Of a stretch of 40,741 bases of DNA, positions 10,222 to 19,873 are shown piece after piece. Origin of the DNA: Hyphomicrobiales bacterium (GTDB lineage: Bacteria > Pseudomonadota > Alphaproteobacteria > Rhizobiales > Beijerinckiaceae); the NCBI GenBank assembly GCA_003244015.1, contig QHBR01000084.1, positions 1-40,741 on the forward strand, in the 5' to 3' direction. Within the stretch, counting starts at the first letter, position 1, and each line of letters begins with the position of its first letter. Both the position numbers and the translations under genes were made by a program. The notes below the pieces were generated by a model. That model worked only from the letters and a program-made list of their open reading frames with translations, was not told the origin of the DNA and ran no database searches.

Positions 10222-10878
10222 ATGAGCAAAGGTAGAGATTTCCGGGGACCCAAGAAGCGCGGTTTCGATGACGATGGGCCTTCGCCCTATGATTCTCCGC
10301 GGCCGAGCCGGACCCCGCGAGGGAGCTTCGGAGCCGGAAGCGGCGGTCCCCAGGAAATGGCGCCGCCAAGCGGGCCGAGCATCGACGCTGTCGTCAAATG
10401 GTTCAAGGGCGAAAAGGGTTTCGGCTTCGTCGAGTTGAGCAATGGAGCCGGCGACGCGTTCCTGCATATCGGCGCGCTTCAGGCAGCGGGATATGAGTCG
10501 GTTCCGCCTGGCGCGAAGTTGAAGGTAAATGTCAGCAATGGCATGAAAGGTGCTCAAGTCACACGCGTCCTCGAGGTCGACACCGCTGGAGCGGCGGAAA
10601 GGGCGCCACCGTCTCGCGGGTTTGGCGATTCGCCCCGCCCGCAGCGCCGCGCCCCGGATCCTTCGACCGCGGTTTCGATCACGGGGATTGTCAAATGGTT
10701 CGATGACCACAAGGGCTTCGGCTTCGTTCAATCGAATGATGGCGGCAAGGACATTTTTGTCCATATTTCGATCCTCGGTCCGGCGGGAATCCAGAACCTT
10801 GCCGAAGGCCAGCCCGTGACGATGCAGGTCGTCGATACGCCAAAGGGCCGCGAGGCTTTGTCTATCTCGCTCGATTGA
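10222..10878 (+). CDS. Cold-shock protein with two CSD domains
   Basis: Two VKWF...KGFGFV RNP motifs with DAFLH and DIFVH; Gly/Arg/Pro-rich linkers. Confidence 0.9.
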   Translation: MSKGRDFRGPKKRGFDDDGPSPYDSPRPSRTPRGSFGAGSGGPQEMAPPSGPSIDAVVKWFKGEKGFGFVELSNGAGDAFLHIGALQAAGYESVPPGAKLKVNVSNGMKGAQVTRVLEVDTAGAAERAPPSRGFGDSPRPQRRAPDPSTAVSITGIVKWFDDHKGFGFVQSNDGGKDIFVHISILGPAGIQNLAEGQPVTMQVVDTPKGREALSISLD

Positions 10879-10977
10879 ACGGGAGCGGCGCCGCCCATTC
10901 GGCTATCGTCAAAAGGGCGAGGGGTGCGATCCCTGCTCCCTCTCGCTTTCCCTCTCCCGGTTGTCGGGCATTGTCTG

Positions 10978-11815
10978 ATGCAGCCATCCCGCGATATCGG
11001 CCGCCTGATCGAAATCATGGCGCTTTGCGCCGGCCTGGGACCGGCTGCGGTTGGAATATCGAGCAGACATTCGAGACCATCGTCCCTTATACGATCAAAG
11101 AAGCCTACGAGATCGCCGACGCCGTCGCGCGCGGGAATATGCGGGATTTCAAGGAGGAATTAGGCGATCTCCTGCTCCAGGATGTTTTTCAAGCGCTAAT
11201 TGCCGAGGAGCGCGGACTCTTCGATTTCGGCGGCGGGTCGAGGCGATCGCGCAAAAAATGATCCGCCGCCATCCGCATGTGTTTTCCGCGGCGGGCGATC
11301 TCTCTCCCGAGCAAGTCAAAGCCCTCTGGGCGGGCATCAAACAGGAAGAAAAATCCGCGAAAAATGCGGCATTGAGGGCGACTTGCGACGCCGACGGCGA
11401 GCGCGCCGGAGCTTCGCCCGGCGGCCTTCTCGACGATGTTCCGCTCGCCCTGCCCGGCTTGACCCGTACGGTAAAATTGCAGGCGAAGGCCTCGTGCGCT
11501 GGGTTCGACTGGACCGGCGCCAGATTGGTGCTCGAAAAAATTCGCGAGGAAACCGGAGAAATCGAAGCCGCGTTCGATGCGGGCGATCCCCGCGCAGTGG
11601 AGGACGAAATCGGCGATCTGCTCTTTGCAGTCGCCAATCTCGCTCGTCATGCGCGAGCCGATCCGGAGGCGGCCATCCGCCGGGCCAACGCCAAGTTCGA
11701 ACGGCGGTTCCGCTTTATCGAGAACGCATTGGCGGCCATTGGCAAAGCGCCGGGTGACGCGGCGTTGGAGGAAATGGAGGCGCTTTGGAAGATCGCGAAA
11801 AAATGCGAAAAGTAA
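10978..11815 (+). pseudogene. mazG: Nucleoside triphosphate pyrophosphohydrolase MazG, two frameshifts
   Basis: MQPSRDIGRLIEIMA / LRRPGTGCGW.IEQTFETI.PYT..EAYE..DA...EELGDLLLQ / KMIRRHPHVF...GFDW...EIGDLLF...KFERRF is spread over three ORFs. Shifts near 11022 and 11235. Confidence 0.88.
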
Positions 11816-11916
11816 ATCACGCCGTGACGGGCTTTGGTCCGGCCATGGGCCGCGCCGCGTTCCAGGTTCGTCCGAGGGAGAATCCGACCCGCTTGGCCGG
11901 AAAGGGCCGCCCCGCT

Positions 11917-13230
11917 TTACGCACGCCTGGCGGCGGCTGCGGGAAACTTCCGCCGGACCGGCTCCGCGCGTTCCGGCACGACCCGAACCCGCACATGAAC
12001 GGCGCCGTCCGCCGCCGTGCTTTTGCCCATGACTTCGGTATTCTCGTGCAGCCAGTGAAGCCCCGCGCCATTGGCCGGATCGAGCGCGATGTCGAAGACA
12101 ATCCGGCCGCTTGAGAGGCTCGTTTCAATCGCGGCGCGAAGGTCTTCGAGGCCCTGCCCCGTCAATGCCGAAACCATGACCGGGTCACCGCGCGAAAACC
12201 GCTGAGCGCTTCGCCGCGCGGCGAGGGCGGCTTCGCCCAAGAGATCGCATTTGTTCCAAACCTCCATGAGGCGGCGATCGCTGGCGGGATCGATTCCGAG
12301 ACCGGCGAGGATGGCGTCCACATCGGCGTGCTGCGCTTCGGCGTCATCATGCGCGATATCGCGGACATGCAAAATGGCGTCCGCTTCAAGGACTTCCTCA
12401 AGTGTCGCCCGGAAAGCCTTGATAAGCATGGTTGGCAAGTCAGAAATAAAGCCGACGGTATCGGAGAGAATGATTCGACCGCCATGCGGCAGCGCGATGC
12501 CGCGCAAGGTGGGATCGAGAGTCGCGAAAAGCATGTCTTCGGCGACCACTCCTGCCTCCGTCAGCCTATTGAACAGACTGGATTTTCCCGCGTTCGTGTA
12601 GCCGACAATCGCGACAATCGGATAAGACACGGCGCGGCGGCTTTGGCGATGCAGGCCGCGCGTCCGTTTGACGCCTTCGAGGTCGCGTTCGATGCGGGTC
12701 ATCCGCTCCTCGATGCGGCGGCGGTCGGCCTCGATCTGGGTTTCGCCGGGACCGCCGAGGAAGCCAAAACCGCCGCGCTGACGTTCTAGATGGGTCCAGG
12801 ACCGCACCAGCCGCGATTTTTGATAGGCGAGATGAGCGTGCTCGACCTGCAGCGCGCCTTCCCGTGTCCGTGCCCGGCGGCCAAAAATTTCGAGGATCAG
12901 TCCGGTGCGATCGATGACCTTGGCCGCAAGCGCGCTTTCGAGATTGCGCTGCTGCACCGGCGACAAGGAGCAATCCATGACAACAAGATCAATCTCTTCC
13001 GCGCTCACCAGAGCCGCGAACTCGGCGGCTTTGCCTTTGCCGAGGTAAGTCGCAGGCCGGATTTGCGCAAGCGGAGCGATTTGCCCCGCGACAATTTCAA
13101 CGTCGATCGCCTGGGCAAGCCCAAGCGCTTCGGAAAGACGAGCCTCGTGCGAGCGCCCGCGCGCCGCTTTGGCAGACGCCGCTAGCTCAGCTTTGCGGCG
13201 CGCGCCAGCGTCGAGATAAGGACCGACCAC
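11917..13230 (-). CDS. hflX: GTPase HflX
   Basis: IDRTGLILEIF, GPGETQIE.DRR, GYTNAGKS, FATLDPT, DTVGFI, NKCD; downstream of hfq. True start may lie further upstream. Confidence 0.95.
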   Translation of the reverse strand: MVGPYLDAGARRKAELAASAKAARGRSHEARLSEALGLAQAIDVEIVAGQIAPLAQIRPATYLGKGKAAEFAALVSAEEIDLVVMDCSLSPVQQRNLESALAAKVIDRTGLILEIFGRRARTREGALQVEHAHLAYQKSRLVRSWTHLERQRGGFGFLGGPGETQIEADRRRIEERMTRIERDLEGVKRTRGLHRQSRRAVSYPIVAIVGYTNAGKSSLFNRLTEAGVVAEDMLFATLDPTLRGIALPHGGRIILSDTVGFISDLPTMLIKAFRATLEEVLEADAILHVRDIAHDDAEAQHADVDAILAGLGIDPASDRRLMEVWNKCDLLGEAALAARRSAQRFSRGDPVMVSALTGQGLEDLRAAIETSLSSGRIVFDIALDPANGAGLHWLHENTEVMGKSTAADGAVHVRVRVVPERAEPVRRKFPAAAARRA

Positions 13231-13456
13231 CAGAGCCCGGGTACGCGCCTCGTTAGCTTGGCCGGCGCCGCGTTTGGTTTCCGGGCCGGCCTTCAGCGCC
13301 GATTTTGTACCGTTCGCAAGGACGCCGATGCAAAACTCCCATGCCTAGATCAAAATGCCTGCCGCCATGGCGTTGGCGCGTTGCCCCGATCGGATTTCCG
13401 GGATGCCCGAACAAATCAAGCGCCGAAGATCGGGTTCCAGGTTTTTCGAGATTATC

Positions 13457-13714
13457 CTATGACCCGGCGTGTCCCGCATCGTCGCCGGGCTCGAACATCT
13501 GAATCGGCTGGCCGGGCATGATCGTCGATATGGCATGCTTATAGACGAGCTGGGAATGCCCGTCGCGGCGCAGCAATACGCAGAAATTATCAAACCACGT
13601 GACGACACCTTGCAGTTTGACGCCGTTGACCAGGAAGATCGTGACAGGAACCTTGTTCTTACGGACAAAATTGAGAAAAGTGTCCTGGAGATTTTGTGGC
13701 CGCTCCCCTCCCAT
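13457..13714 (-). CDS. hfq: RNA chaperone Hfq
   Basis: QNLQDTFLN...[10 protein letters not shown]...FDNF...[13 protein letters not shown]. Confidence 0.97.
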   Translation of the reverse strand: MGGERPQNLQDTFLNFVRKNKVPVTIFLVNGVKLQGVVTWFDNFCVLLRRDGHSQLVYKHAISTIMPGQPIQMFEPGDDAGHAGS

Positions 13715-14045
13715 GTCCCAGAATCCTATTTTGTTCTTGGCGCCGTGCCCGGCGCACATTGCTCATTAAGAACCACCGGTGCCGTTTGGCTACCGTTTGC
13801 CCCAAGGACCGCTTACGCGATCGCTTCAACGCCTTCGATACGAAGCCGCGCGGATTCAATGCGAGACCATACCTTATCTTGGCAGGTTGGAAACCAGCTC
13901 GCGAGTAACACCGTCTCCCTAAAGAACGGCGATTAGATTAATAAACCCGCGATCCGGCCACCCCCGATCATATTAGCCCAATGGGCGGCGCCGCAAGCAC
14001 TACTTTGATCATTGTCGTCAGGATTTAAAAAAGCTAGCCAAAAGG

Positions 14046-14909
14046 TTACGAGGATCGCGCCGCGGCGGCGGCATGAAACATCGCGCGCAATTTCGATGCG
14101 ACCGGTCCAGGAATCCCCGCGCCGATCGCGCGCCCGTCGATGCGCACAACCGGCATAATGAGGGTCGTCGCGCCGGTAATAAAGGCCTCCCGCGCGGCAA
14201 AAACCTCTTCGAGGTTAAATTTTCTTTCCTCCAATTTCAGACCTTCCGCCGCGACGATTTCGATCAGCGTGGTCCTGGTGATGCCGCGCAGGATGGAATG
14301 ATCGAGCTGACGCGTGACGACAACTCCAGCCTTGCTGATAATCCAAGCGTTCGATGCCGCCCCTTCGGTGACCATGCCCAGCGAATCGACAAGCCAGGCC
14401 TCGCAGGCACCGCTCTCGCGCGCCAGCTGGCGCGCAAGAACGTTGGGCAGCAGGGAAATCGTCTTGATATCGGCCCTTTTCCAACGCAGGTCGGGGGTGG
14501 TGATGATGCTGATGCCCTTGCGCGCAGTGATATCGCTTTTTTCAGGATCGACATGACGCGCGGTGACGACCAGGCTCGGACGCGCAGGCTTTTGCGGAAA
14601 GACGTGGTCGCGTGGCGCCACCCCGCGAGTCACCTGCACATAGACGAAGCCATTCTCGACCCTGTTCCTCGCCATGACTTCGCGGACCACCACCGCGAGC
14701 GCGCGGGCCGGCACAGGCGGGGCGATTTGCAATTCCGCAAGCGAATAGGCGAGCCGCTCGAAATGGCGCCTTTCGTCGATCAAGGCGCCGCGAAAGACTT
14801 CGCACACTTCGTAGACGCCATCGGCGAATTGGTAGCCGCGGTCTTCAATATGAACCATGGCGTCGCGGTGCAAGACATACCGGCCATTGACATAAGCTGC
14901 CCTGCTCAT
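14046..14909 (-). CDS. dat: D-amino-acid transaminase (PLP class IV)
   Basis: AYVNG, EDRGYQFADGVYE, DIKTISLLPNVL, TEG, ILRGITR. Confidence 0.9.
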   Translation of the reverse strand: MSRAAYVNGRYVLHRDAMVHIEDRGYQFADGVYEVCEVFRGALIDERRHFERLAYSLAELQIAPPVPARALAVVVREVMARNRVENGFVYVQVTRGVAPRDHVFPQKPARPSLVVTARHVDPEKSDITARKGISIITTPDLRWKRADIKTISLLPNVLARQLARESGACEAWLVDSLGMVTEGAASNAWIISKAGVVVTRQLDHSILRGITRTTLIEIVAAEGLKLEERKFNLEEVFAAREAFITGATTLIMPVVRIDGRAIGAGIPGPVASKLRAMFHAAAAARSS

Positions 14910-15245
14910 GCGCGCGCTCGCGATTTCAACGAAGAACCAAAGAACCACGGCAGCATTGCGAGAGTCCGGCCTGGTGAATTTATGAGAACGTCATGCCTAT
15001 GCGCTAGCGTCATGCCGGTGGCGGTGGCGCGCGTCAAGCCGCTTTCGCCCTTTGCCATCCACGATGGCGCCGCCGTTACCACGCCGCCTTCGCCGGGCGC
15101 CCACCCTTGCGGAGCAAGGCGTGCGAAAATTTTCAAATTTTTGTGGTTCACCGCCGGCATTTTTCTGGTTATGTTGTCGGTAAGATAATCGTCCGCGTTT
15201 GCGCACTCACGTAGGCTTGGCGAAAAAGAACATCGGGAGGATACG

Positions 15246-15353
15246 ATGCAAACTTCGCGAGGGAAGTTGGTGGCCAGCTTCACGGCGGTGACGCTTGGAG
15301 GAGTCCTGCTCGCGGTGTTGGGGTTGCGTTCACTTCTTCCAACAATCCACTAA
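15246..15353 (+). CDS. Putative small single-TM protein (35 aa) or leftover N-terminus of a lost gene
   Basis: GGGAGG RBS then MQTSRGKLVASFTAVTLGGVLLAVLGLRSLLPTIH*; below the ORF-track length cutoff. Confidence 0.35.
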   Translation: MQTSRGKLVASFTAVTLGGVLLAVLGLRSLLPTIH

Positions 15354-15383
15354 TCCACTAATCAGATAAGAGGAGAGCCCACC

Positions 15384-16787
15384 GTGCAACTATATGGGAG
15401 TAAAACAGTTCGGGCATTCCTGCTGACGGCCAGCATAATCGGCGGCTTAAGCCTAGCCTATGCCCAACAAGAGCAGCGCGGCGCAACCAGCTATTTGCCC
15501 GTGGACATCAAGGAATCGTTCGCGTCGATCATGGCGCGAATGAAAGCGGCGAAGCCGGATAACGAGAAGGAACATAGCGACCTTCTCAGTGCGCGCTACG
15601 ACATGAGCAACCGGCCGGCCAAAGACGCGGCCATGTCGCGAGGAAAGCTCGTGCAGGAGGGCGTTCGCGTCAAGCTGCCCGCCGGCGCAACCTGGGACCA
15701 GCTGGCGTCGATGAGCCCAACGGAAATCCGCGATAAGAACCAATTCCCCAAGGGATTCTATCCGCTGCCGCATCCAAACCATGCAGAACAAGGAATGGTT
15801 TTTCCCAAGTTTGAAATCAAGGAGGTCGAGAAGCAGGAAGGGCGTGATCTCACCCGCTTCGATTTGGATTTCGACCTCCCGGATCACTTTCTACCCGAAT
15901 TTCCGGCGCCGATCTACCTAACCACGCGTCCGGACCTCGGCGATGTCTCCCAGGGCAAACTGGTCACCATCGAGAACTATTATGAGCTCTTCAACGGCAT
16001 CCTGAATCCTAAACAGCTCGATGGGCTCCGCCTATTGCTGACGCCATTCGCGCAACAACAGTTCAACCAGACCGAGGATCGGCGTTCGGAGAAGCCGAGC
16101 CGTGGCGTCGCCTGCCTCGATTGTCATGCGAACGGCCACACCAACGGCGCGACGCATACTGTCGGCGATATCCGTCCGCAGTCCAATCGCCATCGGATCG
16201 ATACGCCTTCGCTCCGCGGCGTGAACATCCAGCGGCTCTTCGGCTCGCAACGCGCCTTGAAATCGGTCGAGGATTTCACCGAATTCGAGCAGCGCGGTGC
16301 CTATTTCGACGGCGATCCGGTCACCGCCACCAAGAAAGGGGTCAATATTCTGGAACGTGGCAGCCAAGTCCACGATATGGCGGAAGTGCAGGAGCTGTTC
16401 GACTTTCCGCCAGCGCCGAAGCTCGACATCTACGGGAAGCTCGACCCGGCAAAAGCGACTCCGGCGGAACTCCGCGGCCAGGAAATCTTTTTTGGCAAAG
16501 GGCAATGCGCGGCCTGCCACACCCCGCCCTACTATTCCGACAATACCATGCACAATCTGCAAGTCGAGCGCTTCTACCGGCCCGAGATGATCACCCACAT
16601 GCTGGCCAGCGCCGACGGGCCGATCAAGACCTTTCCGCTGCGCGGCGTCAAAGACTCGCCACCCTACCTGCATGACGGGCGGCTCCTGACGTTGGACGAT
16701 ACGGTCGAGTTTTTCAATCTGGTCCTCGGCGCCAAACTGACCCCGACGGAAAAACAAGACCTGCTGCAATTCCTTCGCGCGCTTTAG
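15384..16787 (+). CDS. Periplasmic di-heme c-type cytochrome, bCcP/MauG superfamily
   Basis: Signal peptide; CLDCH and CAACH heme motifs; DTPSLRG, RGQEIFFGKGQC, KTFPLRG...PPYLHDG; AGGAG RBS. Confidence 0.85.
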   Translation: MQLYGSKTVRAFLLTASIIGGLSLAYAQQEQRGATSYLPVDIKESFASIMARMKAAKPDNEKEHSDLLSARYDMSNRPAKDAAMSRGKLVQEGVRVKLPAGATWDQLASMSPTEIRDKNQFPKGFYPLPHPNHAEQGMVFPKFEIKEVEKQEGRDLTRFDLDFDLPDHFLPEFPAPIYLTTRPDLGDVSQGKLVTIENYYELFNGILNPKQLDGLRLLLTPFAQQQFNQTEDRRSEKPSRGVACLDCHANGHTNGATHTVGDIRPQSNRHRIDTPSLRGVNIQRLFGSQRALKSVEDFTEFEQRGAYFDGDPVTATKKGVNILERGSQVHDMAEVQELFDFPPAPKLDIYGKLDPAKATPAELRGQEIFFGKGQCAACHTPPYYSDNTMHNLQVERFYRPEMITHMLASADGPIKTFPLRGVKDSPPYLHDGRLLTLDDTVEFFNLVLGAKLTPTEKQDLLQFLRAL

Positions 16788-16788
16788 C

Positions 16789-16831
16789 GGCTCACCGTCG
16801 CAACCCGAGAACCGGTTCGCGACGGTGAGCC
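16789..16831 (+). terminator. Stem-loop after the cytochrome gene
   Basis: 13-bp perfect inverted repeat GGCTCACCGTCGC/GCGACGGTGAGCC right after the stop codon; no U-tract. Confidence 0.5.
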
Positions 16832-17047
16832 ACCCAAGGCAGCGATGGCGTCCCTGACGACGCGGGAAAGCGGCTATGGCGTGGCAAGTGCACGTCGGAC
16901 CCAGAGGCGATCGCTTCGGCGGCGATCTGGCCCAAAGATTTTGAAGGATCTCAAGGCTCCCCTAAAGAAGGAAGATGGTCGGCGAGCACGACTGGTTCCT
17001 CGATTTGGGCGAGCAAGCACTGAGTTTTGGCCCGCAGCGGCGCGCCT

Positions 17048-17572
17048 TCAGCCCGCGCGAAACCGCAGCCGCAGCTTTGCCGCGAGGTCGCGCGTGTTCC
17101 GCTTGAGCTTCACGGAAAAGGCCCAGATCCGCGTTGTCCGTGCCCAGGCGAGAAGACGATCGCGAATGCCGGTCAACCAATCCATGAGTTTGGCGAACCA
17201 AGGAATCGTTTTGAGTTTCGCCCGCCCCGAGTGATAAATCCGCTCCACGACGAGGAGGCTCACGAGATAAGCCATCGAAATGGTACCGAGGCCGGTCGCG
17301 AACTGTCCTTCGGTCATCAAATACAAGGCATAGATTTTGGCGGGTTCCGCGACGGCGAAGGGGATTGCCAGCAAAACAAGGATCGCGTAGGGCGGCAGGG
17401 CGGCGATGATGTCTTGCAGACGAATGACAAACTGGAGTCTTGCCACCCATCCGAGCAGCGGCCGGACCACCGGCGTGACGATGCCGTCGAGAACGACATA
17501 GAGGACCACGACGGCTTTTGCCGGGAACAGGAACAAGCGGCGCAAGGTGGAATTTTCGTCTGTTTTGGCCAA
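17048..17572 (-). CDS. Hypothetical membrane protein
   Basis: Three hydrophobic segments; AGAGGA RBS upstream. Confidence 0.7.
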   Translation of the reverse strand: MAKTDENSTLRRLFLFPAKAVVVLYVVLDGIVTPVVRPLLGWVARLQFVIRLQDIIAALPPYAILVLLAIPFAVAEPAKIYALYLMTEGQFATGLGTISMAYLVSLLVVERIYHSGRAKLKTIPWFAKLMDWLTGIRDRLLAWARTTRIWAFSVKLKRNTRDLAAKLRLRFRAG

Positions 17573-17722
17573 GAATATCGTTCCTCTTTGGCCCCGTTCC
17601 GCGACGCTCTCAATCGGCTACAAGAAGGCGGCGAAAGCGAAGCTGCGGCCAGCCCCGCCCTCATCGTATTCGCGGGCGAACGGAGGAGAAGGCCGTGGTC
17701 CGATGTCCCCGCAAGCGCGCGC

Positions 17723-18235
17723 CTATTGCACCACCCTGAATCTTGGCGCGTTTTGCTCGTTGAAGCCGCCCGTGCCGGCGCCAAGACTGTTGAGATCGCC
17801 ACGTCCGCCGCTTCCCGCGCCAATTGCGCTGCCATTGATGCCGCCGGTATCCAGGCCAAGCTCAACCTGGTCGCTGAGGCCGCCGGTTCCAACGCCCAGA
17901 CCGCGTCCGACACCGTTGATGCCGCCCGTTGAAGTTCCCAAGGCCGTGTTATCTTGAAGCCCGCCGGTCCCAGCGCGGGTCGTGCCCGAGATACCGCCAG
18001 TGGCATTTCCTACTCCCAAGCTAATGCCGCCGGTCCCGGCGCCGAGATGGCCGGTGCCGACGATCAGCCGTGCACGTTGGCCTGCCGGCCCCGCTCCGTT
18101 GCCAATGCCGGTGCCGGCGACGCCCCCTCCCCGGGTGATGACGACAGGAGCCTGGGCAGGCGCCTGGGCGTGAGCGGCAATCGAGGAACCGCCAACCAAT
18201 GCCGTCGCCACGGCCAGGATCAATCGACACCGCAT
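17723..18235 (-). CDS. Secreted Gly/Thr-rich repeat protein
   Basis: GGAGAGG RBS, signal peptide ending AHA-Q, about eight [LI]GxxTGG-like repeats. Confidence 0.65.
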   Translation of the reverse strand: MRCRLILAVATALVGGSSIAAHAQAPAQAPVVITRGGGVAGTGIGNGAGPAGQRARLIVGTGHLGAGTGGISLGVGNATGGISGTTRAGTGGLQDNTALGTSTGGINGVGRGLGVGTGGLSDQVELGLDTGGINGSAIGAGSGGRGDLNSLGAGTGGFNEQNAPRFRVVQ

Positions 18236-18429
18236 GTGCCTCTCCGTAATGCTGGCCGGTGCCGCAGCTTTGGCACCGGACTTTGAAAAAATCACCATAG
18301 CATTAGAGCCCGATCAGCGAAAGTGGAAAACGCTGCCGCTCTTGCGTGGAGACACGGCCGCGACTTTAGGTTTCGCGGCCGGTAACGCGAAAGCGGCGGC
18401 CCGGCGCGGGCCGTGCGCAAGCGAAGCCC

Positions 18430-19635
18430 TCACTCCATAAGAAAATGCTTCGACAGTTTCAACCCCTGGCCCTGGTAATTCGAGACGGCGCTCGCGCCGT
18501 AAGGGAGTTGCGGCGCCTCGGCCATTTTCTCATACACAAGACGCCCGATCACCTGGCCATCCTCGAGGATGAATGGAACTTCGTGGCTGCGGACTTCGAA
18601 AACCGCGCGGGCGCAGGGATGATTGTTCGCGCCCCCGCCGAAGCCAGGATCGAAAAAGCCCGCGTAATGCACCCGGAACTCGCCCATGGCGGGGTCGATT
18701 GGAACCATTTCGGCGGCGAGATCGGGGGGGATCTGCAACCGTTCCCGCGATGCCAGGATGTAAAATTCGTCCGGGTCGAGGATCAGCCTTTTGTCCGGCC
18801 TGGCGCGGACAGGGTCCCAATAATCGGCCACCCGATATGCGCCGGCCCGATCCACATCGAGAATATCGGCATGTTTCTGCGCTCTGTACCCGATCACGCC
18901 GTCGATCGGTTCGGCGCTTAAGCCAACCCGGAGAACAAGCCCGTTGGAGCGCAACTCCAAAGCGTGGTCGACAAGCGGCATATTCTTATGACGATCGCGC
19001 AAGTCCTTGTCCTCGATGCTGAAATCGGTGCGTTCGAGCTGCTGCGAGTTCAGCCTGCGGAAGCGGATCTGATTGAGTTTCGAGCCTTTGTGCACCCGCA
19101 CGCTAAAGCTGCGCGGCGAGACTTCGACATAGAGGCGCCCCTCATAGCCTCGCGCCACACGGTCGAACATATCGCTCTTGTCGGTGATGAGGCGGGTGAA
19201 AATATCGAGGCGACCGGTCGAGCTTTTCGGGTTGGCGATCGCCGAAATACTGTCCGGCAGATTCAAATGCTCCATAAGAGGCATCACATAGACGCAGCCG
19301 CGCTCCAGGACGGCGCCATTGCCGTCGATGTCGATTTCGTCGCCGGCGCTCCCGAGGGCATCGAGGCGCTCGCGGACGGAATAGGCCTTGCCCGGCAAAA
19401 AGCTCGCGCGCACGCGGTAGGCCCGCCCGCCCAAGCGCAGATCGAGGCTCGCCGGCTGAAACTGCTCGCTCTCGATCTCGCCTTCGGCCTGAATCATCTT
19501 GCGCCGCGCCATCAGTTCGATTTTTTCGCGCGGAAGCAGGCCGAACTGGGTGCCGAACTCATTGGCGCCTAGGAGCGGCGCGGCACCGGTCGCGTGCCCC
19601 GGCTTGGCGAAAAGGAAGAGCGGCTGGACGGTCAT
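18430..19635 (-). CDS. dcd: 2'-deoxycytidine 5'-triphosphate deaminase
   Basis: QPASLDLRLG, ANPKSSTGRLD, HYAGFFDPGFG, YQGQGLKLSKHF; divergent from metZ as in Rhizobiales. Confidence 0.92.
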   Translation of the reverse strand: MTVQPLFLFAKPGHATGAAPLLGANEFGTQFGLLPREKIELMARRKMIQAEGEIESEQFQPASLDLRLGGRAYRVRASFLPGKAYSVRERLDALGSAGDEIDIDGNGAVLERGCVYVMPLMEHLNLPDSISAIANPKSSTGRLDIFTRLITDKSDMFDRVARGYEGRLYVEVSPRSFSVRVHKGSKLNQIRFRRLNSQQLERTDFSIEDKDLRDRHKNMPLVDHALELRSNGLVLRVGLSAEPIDGVIGYRAQKHADILDVDRAGAYRVADYWDPVRARPDKRLILDPDEFYILASRERLQIPPDLAAEMVPIDPAMGEFRVHYAGFFDPGFGGGANNHPCARAVFEVRSHEVPFILEDGQVIGRLVYEKMAEAPQLPYGASAVSNYQGQGLKLSKHFLME

Positions 19636-19873
19636 GAGGGTTTAACGCCTCGCTCGAAAGGGGTTTGCCATGGCGTCTTAGGACGAAATAAAACGCCCGT
19701 CGCGATGCTTCTTTGCAAATCCCCGCTGTCCACCGGGTTGAGATATGTTACATCGAGAGGTAAACAATCGGTGGCTCGATGGGTCAGAGTCCGCAAGGGG
19801 CGGCGCGGTGGGCGCTTGCCACGCGGCCCTGCCCTGCCGGCCGCGACGAGGAGATTTAGACGAGGAGATTGGG

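Noticed and set aside
18303-18331. Half copy of a Rhizobiales palindromic intergenic repeat (TTAGAGCCCGATC...AAAGTGGAAA)
   Set aside because: The matching second arm is absent; similarity too weak to call.
19760-19870. SAM-II or SAM-SAH riboswitch upstream of metZ
   Set aside because: Expected from context, but I could not match either consensus in the sequence.
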